From positions 5,287,038 to 5,351,037 of the forward strand of contig CAJINV010000005.1 in the NCBI GenBank assembly GCA_905178155.1: DNA of 64,000 nt. The letters are read 5' to 3'. Both the position numbers and the translations under genes were made by a program. Of this stretch, positions 1-12,900 are shown piece by piece (the stretch's first letter is position 1; the number at the start of each line of letters is the position of its first letter). Below the pieces are notes generated by a model. The model did not search any database, was not told the DNA's origin, and saw only the letters and a program-made list of their open reading frames with translations. Source of the DNA: Amoebophrya sp. A120. Taxonomy: Eukaryota; Protista; Dinoflagellata.

Positions 1-1159
1 GAGCCTTGGCAGTTAAGACTTGCCCGACCCGTGGACCGGTGCGTGGTTGATGTTGTAATCGTGCTGTTTGTTTCTGCATGCATCAAACGAAGTACACTAA
101 TGTGCGAGGAAAATAAATTTCGTTTTCGGTTCTTTAATCGTTCTTCTGGCGCTACCGCCTGCAGCAGTCGTCCTATACGTCCACCACCAGTCGTCCGTCT
201 TTGTCGCTGCACTCACCTGACGTTCTCTCCGCCTTCGTGCCGTGTCGTGCTGTCAAAGTACATCGTGAATAAGGGAGTACGTAGTACACAAAACTTCATA
301 TCATGAAAGCGGTTCTCGTCGTCCTTTCATCGTCTTCGTCATGATCGTACGTAGTCGTGAGCAAACGCACGACGCTACTTAAAAAACAACTCCACGCTCA
401 CTTCGGTGCGATGCTTGTCCGCGCCAAAGCTGTGGCTCATATTTGTCCACCATTTACACCATGAACAGACGCAGGTGCTTTCTCTCACGCGGATTAGTAT
501 TGCCTGAAAAATTTTTTTTTTTGTCTTCACGTCGATTATATATGCGACGCGTAGCGATTATATCAGTTCACATGATCATCAAGCAAGAGGGTTGCACACT
601 CCGACACCAGGCTGGCTGCCCGGTGTCGACCAGCTTCGGCTGGGTCTCTGTCCTTTGTCCAGAAATACCGCATTGTCTTGGCTCGCCTAGATTTTGCGTT
701 TTTTCCCACCCTCCCACCCGACTTGAGGTTGCGAGACCCCTTGCGGCACCCCTCGCAAGCCCGCCCTAGATATTCGGCGGCCCCAGTCGCGCCTCGCGGC
801 TTGGGCCACCTCTATGTCCGGGGCATGGCTCTGTGGGGGTCGAGAGCCTGGCTTGCATGGCCTGCTACCCGTAGCTCGTTGTGCCGGCCGGGTTCTCTCT
901 TGGCTGCCATTGTGACTGTCGCTCGAGGTCTTGCGACTATCACTGCGACGCGCTTCTGCACGTCATTCGCTTCCGTTGGTTGCGCGCGCGTTCACTCTAT
1001 GGGTGAATTGCGCAGAGAAGGTGAAATTATATACGAATTTATCTTTTCAACAAGAAAAAAATACTCTTTTCTCTTGCGATGAGGTTCTTTAACTAATCGC
1101 CTGAACCTTCAGAAACGCCAAGCTAGTACATCAATCAAACCACAACGAACTCGAACCAA

Positions 1160-2151
1160 ATGGCAGATACACCGGCAGCAGATGGGGCCACGGCCTCCAC
1201 GCAGCAGCAGCAACAGGAGAACACCAGCCGGGGGTTGCTGCAAGCGGATTCTAGCGGTGGCGCGCCGCAAACGGAGGGCGTGGATCCACGAGGGTTCCTG
1301 ATGAAGTGCTGTTTTCCCGTCTGCACCATCTGGGCGTGGCAGGGTTGCGATGACTGCTTTCCCATCCTCTGCACCTGCGTCCTCGACTGTTTTTTTCTCG
1401 GGTGCCTGTTCCCGCTGTTTTGCTGGAAGCCCGGCCCGCAGAAGATTTGGAAGGCCGACCCGGAACAAGAGCGCAAGGTCTGTTTATCCTGACGAGTAAA
1501 AACGTCCCCACACCAGAGTCAAGATGGGAAATCTGCTAGACAAATTAGCCAGCTTTGGTCGTTTCGCATGACAACTCTGTCCTCGTAGTGTGATCCTGTT
1601 GAGGTAGTTCAGAAGCATCACAGATCTAGCATATCACGCCGATTATAGCATCACAAATTTGAAAACGCCGCTCGAAAATGCTTCTCATGGTGCTCCGCAT
1701 GAGAAGCTTTTGTGGCATGCAGATTTGCATGACAACTCTGGGCCTGGGGTGGGAACGTTTTTACACAGGATACTGTTTCTGGGCCTGTCACCCGCTGAGT
1801 TGGCCCTGCAAGCTTTTGTGCTGCTTCGTCTCCGTCTACGCCTGGCAGGGCTTTGACGTGTGGTACGACTTGTTTTTTGCTTTGGACCTCGAGTTATGCA
1901 TTGCAAAAGCATCGTACTAGTAGAAGTCGCATTACAAATTCGGCCAGCATGACAAATGGAATTTGTCATGCTGTTTTGCCTTGAAAAAGAGTAATGCATA
2001 AATGCAATTACTACGAGTACGATAGTTTTGCACAGGATACGAGTGCTTCTACACGCTTTGTTGCTGGGTCCCGCGGAAGCAGCAGAAAATATGGGGCGCA
2101 GGGTCGACCGTGGTGGGCGCGCCCATTATGGGCAACTACGGGACGGTTTGA
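1160..2151 (+). CDS. Cysteine-rich protein with two internal CCF-x5-WQG-x-D repeats; 3 exons
   Basis: Removing 1485-1772 and 1895-2039, each with one 5-nt repeat, gives an open frame MADTPAA...KCCFPVCTIWAWQGCDDC...KVCFWACHPLSWPCKLLCCFVSVYAWQGFDVW...LECFYTLCCWVP...NYGTV*. Confidence 0.8.
1485..1772. mobile_element. Introner family B (TIR TATCCTG..AAAAACGTCCCCAC)
   Basis: TIRs at both ends, flanked by CTGTT/CTGTT; removal restores the frame. Confidence 0.9.
1895..2039. mobile_element. Introner family A (TIR TATnnnnTGCAAAAGTATCGTACTCGTA, about 145-175 bp; the most abundant family)
   Basis: Flanked by CGAGT/CGAGT. Many siblings, e.g. 4987-5134, 14101-14249, 17322-17469, 37579-37727, 53093-53241. 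Confidence 0.9.
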
Positions 2152-2806
2152 AGTCCAACAGGAGGGTGAAGTTTTCATCTTGTAAACCTCATCTTTTACT
2201 AGAGAAACAGCAAGTGCAGCATGCATTTTTCCTGTATATTAGTACAAGCCTTGAAGATTATAAATATCTGTACGCCAGGTGCTGGCGCGCATGATGAATC
2301 GGAGCCGGAGGTACGTCTAAATGCGTAGCGTTCGTTTCAAATGTATTTTTTTACAGCGGCATACTTTGCCTATTGCTATTCATTGTTGAGAGTTTATTTT
2401 ACTGCACGTTTATCATAAATTTTATTTTGTTTACATTTTGCATTTTTTGCATATAGATATACTTACATTATTTTTTGGACGTACAACAAGCCTTTGGGCA
2501 AATTTTAATTTTTATTTTACACACGCAGAAGTCGAACACGTCAGTGTTGTAGTGCTAAGAAACAAGAACTGACGCCTGGTGAGTCATAGGCTTTCTCCTT
2601 GAACTTGATAAGACTCGCTTACATTTTTAATATCTTCGTTTTCATATAATATCACTGCGACTGCCCCCCTCCAGCTCCACAGCGAAAGAAGAAGAAAACT
2701 CGAACTACCCAGACGAGCAAAATGAAACAAGACTGTGAGCAAAACCAATCCCCAAGATACTTCTAGGAAGGTTTTTTCATACTTTGACCATAATATGACT
2801 TAGTAT

Positions 2807-4789
2807 TGCGCCGCACCTAGTAGAGTTCTTGCTCGCATCATGCGGTACTAGGGGCGGAACCACTTTGATGGAGGAGGTTGTTCACAAAGACTAAGACATG
2901 AAAAGGTGGGACCGAGAAGATTGGTAGACTACATCGGTTTTAGATACCTTACCAGTTTGCGTTTATTCCAAGAACACCAGAATGTTGAGCGACTTTATGC
3001 TAGTACGAGGAAGAGGGACACAACCTACCACAAAGAAAGCACTCGAGCGACGAAGTTGCCCACTGATGATCTTCGGTGAGTTTGGTGTTGCTTGTAATTC
3101 CTAGTAATGCTATTCGGGCGAACCCGAGCTCGAGCCTTGACAGTGACACCGTACAAGCTGATTGCGCATTCTGTCGACAATTTTGTCATCCAGGAAACAA
3201 GCTGCTAGAAGAAGGCCTCCCTATTAGAGTAGTTGGAGATCGGGAAGAGCAAGGCTATGGGCAAAGAGCAATATTTTCAAAGATCGGGAAGAGCAATATT
3301 TTCAAACTTCCCTTTGGGATTTTAGTTTTCAATATACATAGAGAAGCTTCCTCTCTTCCCACTAGACGTGAGGCAGTTCTTGGTTTGGTGAGAACGTAAG
3401 ATTTATACCTACCCTCGACTGTTCATCTGGTAGCCAAAATTTTAGAAAGGCAACCTCACTACAACTAGGACTAGTGTTATTGATTCTTTAGGCGTTTACG
3501 TCGATATGTTCTTGTCTGTACAATATTCGTGTTGACGGAACAAAAGTAAAAATAGCATTTTGATTGCAATATTTTCTGCCTCAACACTAATGAGACAGTG
3601 ACAGACGCACGAGCAAGGTTTGTGTCGTCTGTTGTGTAGCTTGCATTGTTTTTTTATACATTTTTTTCCAAGTAGGACCATCTACATTTGGTCAGACACC
3701 GGCGCTATTTGGTCTACATCGTGGAACTATGCCTTACTCCTAAGTCTACACCTACCCGATCTTAAGTATTTACTTGTGCGTAATTTGCATCAGAAGTTCT
3801 TGAAGTTGTCCATTTCATTCTAATCCCTTTCAGGCTCCATTCATTCCTCAACATGGCCTGCGTCCTCCCTCTCTTTACATGGCCTGCGTTTACTACTGCG
3901 CCGCACCTAGTAGAGTTCTTGCTCGCAAGCGGTAGGAGCGAAGCCACTTTGATGGAGGAGCTTGTTCGCAAAGATATGAAACGGTGGGACCGAGACCACA
4001 ATTGCTAGACTACATCGGTTTCAGATACCTACTAGTCCAAGAACAGCAGAACGAGCGACTTTATAATGCTACGAGGAAATAAACGAGGGACACAACCACA
4101 AACGAAGCACTCGAGCGACAAAGTTGCCCACAACTGATGATCGGTGAGTTTAGTGTTGCAGTTGCTTGTAATTCCTAATAATGGATGCTATTAGGGCGAA
4201 CTCGAGCCTTGACAGTGACAGCGTAGTACAAGCTGATTGTGCATTCTGTCGACAATTTTGTCATGCAGGAAACAAGGTGCTAGAAAAGCAAAAGAAGAAG
4301 GTCTCCCTATTAGAGTAGTTGGAGATCGGAAACTACAAAACTATACATAGAGAAGATTCCTCTCTTCACACTAGACGTGAGGCAGTTCTTGGTTTGGTGA
4401 AAACGTAAGATTTATACCTACCCTCGATTCTCTGTAGCCAAAATTTTAGAAAGGCAACCCCACTAGCATTAAGTATTGAAATTGATTTTTTAGGCGTTTA
4501 CGTCGATGTCTGTTCTTGTCTGTACAGTATTCGTGTTGGCGGAGCATCAAAATAGCATCTTGGTTCTGCCTCAAAGGTAATGAGACAGACGCACGAGCAA
4601 GGTTAGCGTCGTCTGTTGTGTAGCTTCCATTGTTTTTTTTTCATTTTTTTCCAAGTAGGACCATCTACATTTGGTCAGACATCGGCGCTTTTTGGTCTAC
4701 AACCTAGAAGTTCTTGAAGGTGTCCACTTCTATCCTTTTTGGCTCTGACATTCATTCCTCATCAACATGGCCTGCGTCCTCCCTCTCTT
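2807..4789 (+). repeat. Diverged tandem duplication of about 1 kb (2807-3875 vs 3897-4789) covering the upstream region and first codons of the DoxX-like gene
   Basis: Both copies start TGCGCCGCACCTAGTAGAGTTCTTGCTCGCA and end ATGGCCTGCGTCCTCCCTCTCTT; long colinear matches with indels in between. Confidence 0.9.
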
Positions 4790-6621
4790 CCTGATCGGGG
4801 AAGAGGACGGCGTTTTGCCCAAGATGCAGATCCCGAAGGAAGACAGCCGTGCGTTGGGCGCCATCCTGGTCGTCCTGGCGCAAGCGATCGTCAATCTCTG
4901 GATTTTCTCGGTGTGGACCTGGCGGTTTAACAAGCAAACGCCCTTCCGCGCCCGGAATTCGCAGTCCCTGCTGCAAGAATTTCAATTATGCATTGCAAAA
5001 GTATCGTACTCGTATAAATACATTACAAATTTCCTCAGCATGAGAAATAAAATTTGTAATGCTGATGCACCTTAAGAAAAACGTTTGTAATGCATGATCG
5101 CAATACGAGTGCGATAGTACTTTTGCCCAGGATATCAATCCTACGGCTACGATTTGGAGGTCATGAAATGGACGGGCTTCGTGAAACTCTTCTGCGCGAT
5201 ATGACGGTGCACAAGAACTACTCCCCCTCCGCCTCATTTGTATAATTACGTAAACAGCAATACTGATGCAAACACCCGCACATCATGTGGAGCCTGCGCA
5301 TGACAAGTTCATCTTCTTCTGCCTCGTGTAGAAGTACTACTGGGCTACTTCCGGAATCTGTCATGCAAACAGTGCCTTGCATATTGGTGTTTTATTGCAG
5401 GACAAATGAGGCAAAGGGGGGGCTGTGCGCTTTCATACGCGACGCTCCTCCCCATCGCGATCATGAACCCGGAGTACCCCTTATGCAATGTAAATTTCCT
5501 GTACATGTACAAAATGCATGACAAATTTCGCTAACTTGCAGTGTCCAACTTGTCATGCTAGACTAGGACTGAAGGCAACTTTTGTCATGCAGAGACTGCA
5601 TTTGTACGTGTACGGGAAATTTACTGTGGATACCCCTGGCTCCTGATTTTCTCGTCCGGGGTCCTGTTTCTCCTGATGGTGATCGCGATCGTGTCGCACG
5701 TGCGTGTGAAAGATCCCTGGGTCAAAAACGTACCGGCGTTGGTCATGGCCGTGCTGTCCCTGGCCAGCCTGTTGGGTTTAAAGGAAAACTGCGTCTACAT
5801 GCCGGACTACGCGGAAGATTTCTCATCTTCGTCCGCAGTTTCGTCTACAACTTCATCTGCAGGGACAGCAACAACGACTTTCAATTTGGCTAGTACTTCG
5901 AGCGGGACCACGATATTAACATCTTCAGCCCCAACATTGATGAAGCATATGCAACTGACGCAAGGACGAGGAGGACCAAGTGCTGGTGCTGCAACTACTA
6001 GCCAGGCGTTGGCCGCTTCTTTACCTGCTCCAGGGGGTGTATTATTCACAACGAGCGACGTGGTGGTACCTCCAGCTCCAGGTGACAATGTAGCAGTTGT
6101 ACAGCAACATGTTTTTCAACACAACGAGGACTTTCTGAACCGGCTGGTGTCCCAGGACGGCAGACTGGTAATCGGCTTAACACTGTTGCTACTGGACTTC
6201 GCGATGCTGTTCTATGCGAAGTTTGTGGGACGGAAGTACGCACAGGTACCGAAGTATGGAAGCGTCAGGATTGAAATTGTCAAAGTTGAGATAACTTGTA
6301 ATGCATAAAATCGATACCAGTTGGAAGCCCAATTTTCAAGCGGTGCATGACAAATTTTCCGAGCACCGGAATCCAATTTGTCATGCTGTTTGGGCACAGA
6401 CGCCTGCTTTTGTCATGCTACTTTAGCAGCTCTAATATTTCAAACACTAAGCAGGCTGCCAGTCGGCCTCACTTGCCATTCCAGCAAGACAGGCATTTTA
6501 TGCCTTGCATTTTATGCATGGCAAATCATTTCAACTTTGCCGATTTCAAACCTGACGCTTCCATACGAACTCGCCGGACAACCCGTTCTTTGCCCTCGTG
6601 GAAAGTAACAGCAGAGTCTGA
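4767..6621 (+). CDS. DoxX-like membrane protein with low-complexity C-terminal extension; 5 exons
   Basis: Spliced protein: IVNLWIFSVWTWRFNKQTPFRARNSQSLLQEFQSYGYDLEVMKWTGFVKLFCA...MVIAIVSHVRVKDPWVKNVPALVMAVLSL. This resembles bacterial DoxX_2 proteins (WLxRFNKxTPYR...EFxxYG...HxKxKDP). Introners at 4987-5134, 5200-5437, 5482-5632 and 6255-6565. Stop position is less certain. Confidence 0.7.
5200..5437. mobile_element. Introner family E (TATGACaGTGCACAA..CCCCCTC)
   Basis: Flanked by CGCGA/CGCGA. Siblings at 28290-28507 and 48589-48818. Confidence 0.85.
5482..5632. mobile_element. Introner family G (TATGCAATGTAAATTTCCTGTACA)
   Basis: Flanked by CCCCT/CCCCT. Sibling in the opposite orientation at 37273-37438. 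Confidence 0.85.
6255..6565. mobile_element. Introner family H (TATGGAAGCGTCAGGATTGAAAT)
   Basis: Flanked by CGAAG/CGAAC. Sibling in the opposite orientation at 59377-59682. Confidence 0.85.
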
Positions 6622-7381
6622 GGCGATTTTATGGACGACGGCGAAGCAGGCAGGCGAGAGGTCGTGGACGAAGACGAGCAAAAAGGGGTCCAGTTTATTT
6701 TTATGACGAGGACGCAAATGTTGCTCTTGACGAAGCTTGAGTTACCATACCGAGGCGAAAAGTTTTCCTTTCGCACTTCATTTTGGAAAGTGAATCAGTG
6801 TGGTTGTGTAGGAGAAGGGACCTGTATAGTACTTACTAACGCGAGCAAATCATGCAGGTCAACAACAACATGGTCAACAATGAAAAAAATAGAAATTTTT
6901 GTGTGCAGATGAAGAAGAAGAATACAGTTTCACAGGAAATAAATAAGGCCCGAGAGAACTGAATCAGATCAGTGCAGTGACTTCAATTCTCCGCCGGAAA
7001 AGTGTATTTCTATTTTCCGGATTGAAACAAGAATAATAAAGAATAAGAACATATAGAAGATGAAGTCAGTTAGAGTATAATGTCTGTCACGAGTGCAATC
7101 TTTATTATTATTTCGGCATCCAGAGGGCCATGCCTAAGTGTAGTACGGGTTTGTTCTGTAGTTGCGCTGCCATTTTTTCAGGATGAAGAGCGAAGGAGCT
7201 TTCATCTATCTGCAAGCCCGAGGAGAGACGACTTTGGCCAACTTTGATTTCTGAGCAGAGCATCTACACGACAAATGTTGGGTGTCTTCGTTCTCTTTGT
7301 GATTTGTTCAACACAGCAAGCAGCTCGTTAAGTAGCTGCTGCCATCTTTTTTCGGAGGTATATATTTCATCGAAAATTATC

Positions 7382-9934
7382 ATGTCGGCGTCCTCGTCAT
7401 CTCGAAGTTTCTTGCCAGCCGCGTCGAAACTGCTGCAGGCGACGCAATCTTCTTGCTACAACAACCCTAGAATTTTTCTCGCTACGGCGACGCGTACGAG
7501 TGCCAGGACAACAAGTGTGAAGAACTGCAGGAGGCAAGATCAACAGGGCCGCGGTTCTTGTGGGAGCAGCACATCCAGCAGCTCCTCAAGTGCCTCTACT
7601 TCTACTCTCGTAAAGGTAAAAAACTGCCCAGCGGGTGAACTACACGTAGGTCAACATCAAACATCAGGTCGCACACAACTACTTCGACCGCAGGGGTGGC
7701 CGCGGCCCACCGATTCTGATCCGCAGTCGACGCCACTTTTTGATGTTTTTCCCGGAACAGGTAGGTCTAGGTGGCCAGAAGAACCGGTTGCAATGGCTTA
7801 CGGACATCAAAATCTCTTCCGACCCGCGACCACGCACCAGAGGACCGGCTCTCTCGTAGTTTTCAGCCACGGTCGCGGGGACAGCACCAGGAGCAGTTCA
7901 CTTGTTCATCATCCCAGATTTTTCCATCATCGTCCTGCTCCCATCAGTGCTGGGAGAAGCAGAGCACAACAACTTTCACTGTCACAGATGCGAGCTTTTT
8001 CATCATCTTCTTCCCCTGCGAAGGTGAAAGTGATGTGGATTTACGAAAAGGACGGCCAGAAGATAGGGCCCTGTGAGGTGAAACCGCACCAGACCATGTT
8101 GGACTGCGCACACGACCACGACATCGAAATAGAAGGTATACGATAGGAACTGAAAGGGTCATGCTAAAAAAGCTTGTCATGCGAAACGAGGACATGATAC
8201 TTATCGATATCCACACAAAAAAAAATGCTGAGTGTTCTGATGCGCACCATGATCTTCATGCGTGGTCTCACATCAATATCATACATCATTCATCATTTGA
8301 TCAGGTGCCTGTGGAGGCAATGCTGCCTGTTCGACGTGTCACGTGTACCTAAGCGAAACGGATTACAACAAATTTCCGGAGCCTGATATGATCCGCTCAC
8401 ACGCGACAATCTCAAGCGTTACAATAGAATAGTGAAAATCTGTGATGCAAGAGGTGCGTGATATCTAGCCAACTCTCATAGAATTGCGCATGACAAGTTC
8501 GTCCGGAGGCCGCAACCGCACTACAACCTGGCGAGATCTGTGTTGCAGCAAGTGGAATGCTTTCCGAGTCTGTCATGCTCGTCACGCAGTACAAAGTCCA
8601 GACTCTATTGTAACAGTTGAGATTGTAACGTCTGAGCAGGTCACACCTGACGAAGACGAGCTGGACATGCTGGACCTGGCCGCGTATGAATTGCAAAAGC
8701 ATCGCACTCGTATATGTAATCATGCATTACAAATCCTGTTCTTGAGGCAAATTAGCATTACAGATTGGGGAGGGGCAAATTAGCATTACAGATTTCCCGG
8801 CGGGATATAAGTTGGGGAGCACTGATAGATAAAAAGGCAGCATGCACAGGGGAGAGTGGCCCCTGTTGCAATGCTGACCTATAAAGAAAGACAAAGATCA
8901 CGCAGATCCGTTTTTTACAAGCAAACGACCCACGCATTGCGGGGCGGGATCCGTATCGTGAAAGATCCAGTAGCTTTTCTAGTCTATGTTGTGCCCCTTA
9001 CTAGTTTGCCGTCGAGTAGAAGTAGAGCTGATTTTATTGCAATTGCCGCCTTTGCGATATTGTTTAGCGGACCCCGCCAAAATACCCTCATGCGTTTCCC
9101 GAGTAAATCAGTTGCAACTAGAAGCATCCCCGTCCTGCTTCGGCACACCCCATCTACCTAGTCGCTCCTGGGTAGATGTGGGGATTTTTTGTCTGGGCTT
9201 CTTTCTGCTTAATTAATCTGACAGGGGCTGCGTCTTTTTTTTCTGCCTTGCCAGCAGAGTATGTATGAAAGGGGGGGATTGACGGAAGTGGCGCGAGACC
9301 TTGGTGCTGGAGCAGAGGACAAGAGTGGAAATGGTACAAACAAAAAACAAGCACTAATATACCCGCGCCATCTGCTTAACTGTGTGAATTATTGTGTCGG
9401 CCCGGTACTGTTTAGTCGCAGGTCGGTGTCCGTGAGATCAGAATTCACATGTTAAGTAACGCACACCGGCTCCTAGCTTAAAAAAAGTGATGAATTTATA
9501 TGCGAATGGGGCCCAATCAAAAAAAAAAAAAATTAGCATTACAGATTTTATTTCTCATGCTGAGGAAATTTGTAATGCATTTACTACGAGTGCGATACTT
9601 TTACTTTTGCACTGGATACCGCGGGCCTGAAAGAGGGCACCAGCCGCCTGTGCTGCCAACTCCGCGCCAGGCACATACAAGACCAAAGCAGCGGTGGAAG
9701 CGGCGGGGCTCCTGCTGCACCGGAGACGTATCCAGTGCAAAAGTATCGTACTCGTAGTGATTGCAATTATGCATTACAAATCTCCATGCCAAGGTGAAAC
9801 AGCACCACAAATTCCATTTGTCATGCTGAAGTAATTTGTAATGCAATTACTACTTCTAGTACGATGCTTTTGCAATGCATAACGCGCTAGTTCTAACGAT
9901 ACCGAAGGAGACAAACAACTTTTTCGACATGTAG
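7382..9934 (+). CDS. Mitochondrial 2Fe-2S ferredoxin (adrenodoxin type) with long Ser-rich N-terminal presequence
   Basis: Spliced protein: DIEIEGACGGNAACSTCHVYLSETDYNKFPEPDEDELDMLDLAAGLKEGTSRLCCQL...LVLTIPKETNNFFDM*, which has the C-x5-C-x2-C...C motif. GT-AG intron at 8136-8304; introners at 8387-8645, 8685-9618 and 9729-9881. Confidence 0.9.
8796..9532 (+). mobile_element. Poly(A)-tailed SINE/retroposon-like insert nested in a family A introner
   Basis: About 720 bp with no convincing ORF, ending in an A14 run; flanked by AAATTAGCATTACAGATTT repeats. Confidence 0.75.
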
Positions 9935-12900
9935 GACAACTTCTGCAAGTAGAACGGGGTCTACTTTTCGTGTCACCTCTATGAGGACCAAAAGAACATC
10001 GAGTAACTCTAAGGCGCCGGGTCGTGTCCTCGCTCCGACGGCGATGATTTTCAGTTCTTCATCCCAAAACAGATGAAACTCAGCCGCTTTTTTGAAGTAG
10101 AATATCCGCATCACCCGTGAAGAGAAACTTTTTGAAGCAAATTCAAAGCGAGAATCAATAATAAACTCAAGCTTGAACTACAAGGGTAAACAAGCATCAT
10201 CTTCGTATGGAAATGAGCTGCGCCTACAAGAGCTGCCACTGGTTCATCTTCTTGGAGGGGGGGCTGATTGTGTGGCGAGTCCCTTGGTTGTAAGCGGCAT
10301 CGTTGTTCCTCTGGCATGATCCACCTATTTCCCGACAAAAAGATCTGCATCTTGTTCTTCCACGTTGTGCTGCAATGGAAGCTCTATTTCGGATCCCCAA
10401 TTATTATTTGTTCGTTGTTGTTCCCTATCGATTGCAGTGGCAGTGCATCATTTGCATGGATGATCACCGACGAGACTAGAGGCTACAAACGCCAGCTCCT
10501 GCTTCTAAAAGAAGAGCAGTTTTTGCTTTCTCGCGGACCGTGTACTATTCTATTTATTCACCACGCGAAGTAGATCGTCGATCTCGATTCATTTCGAAAA
10601 AGGGCGAGAAGGATCTCGATAGAACAGTTTCGTGTCGGCCTGCCCTGGGTGATCGAATTGTATTTGTAGTCTGACTGCAGATCACGCACATCCTTTTGCT
10701 AGTCGTATGTGCTAAGAACAGGCTGTAGGAGCAACTGCAACTGCACCTACGCGAGCATTAACATCGATCGTGAGACGAGTTCTACCATCTGGGTGTGGTC
10801 TTTGGCATAGAGCAAAAGAAAGATAAAACCGTACATGTAATTCTTGCGTAAAACTAGAACTTTATCGACCACTACGTACAACATAAAGCTAAAGAGCATA
10901 CACCGGGCATCAACACGGTTTGGGTCTCGCACCGGCGAAGTGCTATCACTGGAATACGATGAAATTTTTACGTAGACAATTTTCTAGTACTGTACCTAGG
11001 GACGTTGCAAACTTCCATCAGCCCTGTTTTACTAGAAAGTGCTTTAATGATCGGGCGAGAAAGGATCAGTCAAACGACACTGCAGCAGGAGATCTTCGTG
11101 CGTATATTAGCCTCCCCTCCGCGACAAGAACTGTGTAGCGGGTAAAAATACAACTTCTTGGCCGCGTTTTGCAACGTCATCTATCTCAATGTTTCTCTCA
11201 GTCTTCTCTCTAGTACAGAATCTATCGCACTAACTAGGAAGACGAAGAAGACGTTCGTGGTTTTTTACTATTTATCGTACTTATACTTAACTTTTTAGCC
11301 GATAGAGTCGAAGAAGTTTACCTTTATTTTCCAATGATTTCGTAGTATTTTTGTCGATAAATTAGTCCTATTTGTTCGTTCTGTCTCTAGCCAAAGAATC
11401 TGCTAGCAATAAAGGTCGTGATCAACGCCCACCCTTTCCCGCCACGGTCCCGGAAATTTTACCAATAGAAAGGAAGTTATTGAATATTGAAATAAGAAAC
11501 AATTATAATACTAGACGAGCGAAAGTTCAATAATCTATTTTTAGAGGTGGAAACGAAGTAGATGTAGCATCCTTTGTTCTTCTTCTTGTCCGATCAGCCA
11601 CTCAAGTCGAATTGTGAAAATTTGGCTTCGGTCGTGTTGGTGAGTTTTCCCTCCGTCACTAGTATCTTTGACCACTTATGTAGAATCCGCAAAGCCAAAG
11701 CGATTTAATCTCATCTAGGTCTTTCACACCACGTTTTGCTTCCACCGGGCTTCCGTTTTAATACTCCGCTTTTTGTCACTGTATAAACATACGCACGCGC
11801 AAGCACCCGCAGATATTTACTGTACAACTTCTCGTGATCTATTGGCCATGTTAGTTTTTTTTTCCTGAATAAAGCTAAGAGTAAGAAGTTGAAGTTTAAG
11901 TTTCTGACGCTTTTTCAACGGCCTATTGAAGAGCTGCAGCAAACTGCTTCACAAAAACCGGCCGCCTGGTACTGTTGGCTACTTTCGTCGGTCGTCCTCT
12001 AGTTGTACCACAGTTTTAAGATAATATAGCTTTCCCGACTTATTTCACCAGGTAGTCTTACACTTACTCTTACTCAGAAATATTCCATCGCAGCAACAAA
12101 AACTAAAACTTCTCTTCCAACTTCCATTCGGGGACTCAACTTGCTTTCGTCTCGTCGGATGGTTTCGAAATAACTTCCGGCGACAAGAAGCAACGAACTG
12201 AGCCGCCTGAATGCCGCATGATCGATAAATCCTTAAAATGAGTCTACTTCTCCACATTGATTTCTAGTAGCCCTCTTTCGAAACCAGGTTGTCTGGAGGT
12301 CGCAATGCCAGTGCTAGGATGTTGCTCGTAGATGTATAGGATTAGTAATCCTGCGTCAGCGTCGGGATCGGGTCGTGCAACTAGAATTTCGTCGTACTAT
12401 CGGAGATCGAACAGGAGACTCTTGCTGCAGTACTTCGATTCGTCATGTACTGCAGTACTGCTCGTAGAGCAGGAGCAATCTATCGTGTCGCAAAAAATTG
12501 AAGAACCTCGTGGTCCCAGCAAATAACATGAATACTAAAACACACCCTTGATGACGGCGAGGCATCAAATATTTTTAAGGCGTTTTTTTTTTGAAGAGTA
12601 AGAAAAGATAAACGTGCATAAAAATATTCGGCAAGGTGGGAGCTACTGAAGCAACAAGAAGGGACAACACTTGTTTCTAGTTGCCAGCCGGGGTTTCCTT
12701 CTTGAGCATTCATCGATCAAGAATTGGTCACTCTGCAGCGGCGCGGCGGTGATCATTTTTGTCGCCAAGTGCAAGAGAAGTGCTGTCCGAGGAATAACAG
12801 AAAAAACCACGAGCGCGCGCTGCTCATCATCTTCTGCGGACGACAAAGATCATTATACGAAGAGCAACGTCTACGTCGGCTTACCGGCAGGCATCAATAC

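Noticed and set aside
31-1082. ORFs upstream of the first gene
   Set aside because: No recognisable domains, non-ATG starts and no coding-like composition.
1766-1777. CAG in the CAGGATA right end as a canonical 3' splice site
   Set aside because: Pairing it with the nearby GT breaks the frame, and many right ends (ATGCATA, TTTGATA, GTTCATA) lack that AG.
6619-6740. Possible TGA readthrough into an acidic in-frame stretch (MDDGEAGRREVVDEDEQ)
   Set aside because: No independent support; TGA serves as a normal stop in other genes here, e.g. the calmodulin-like gene.
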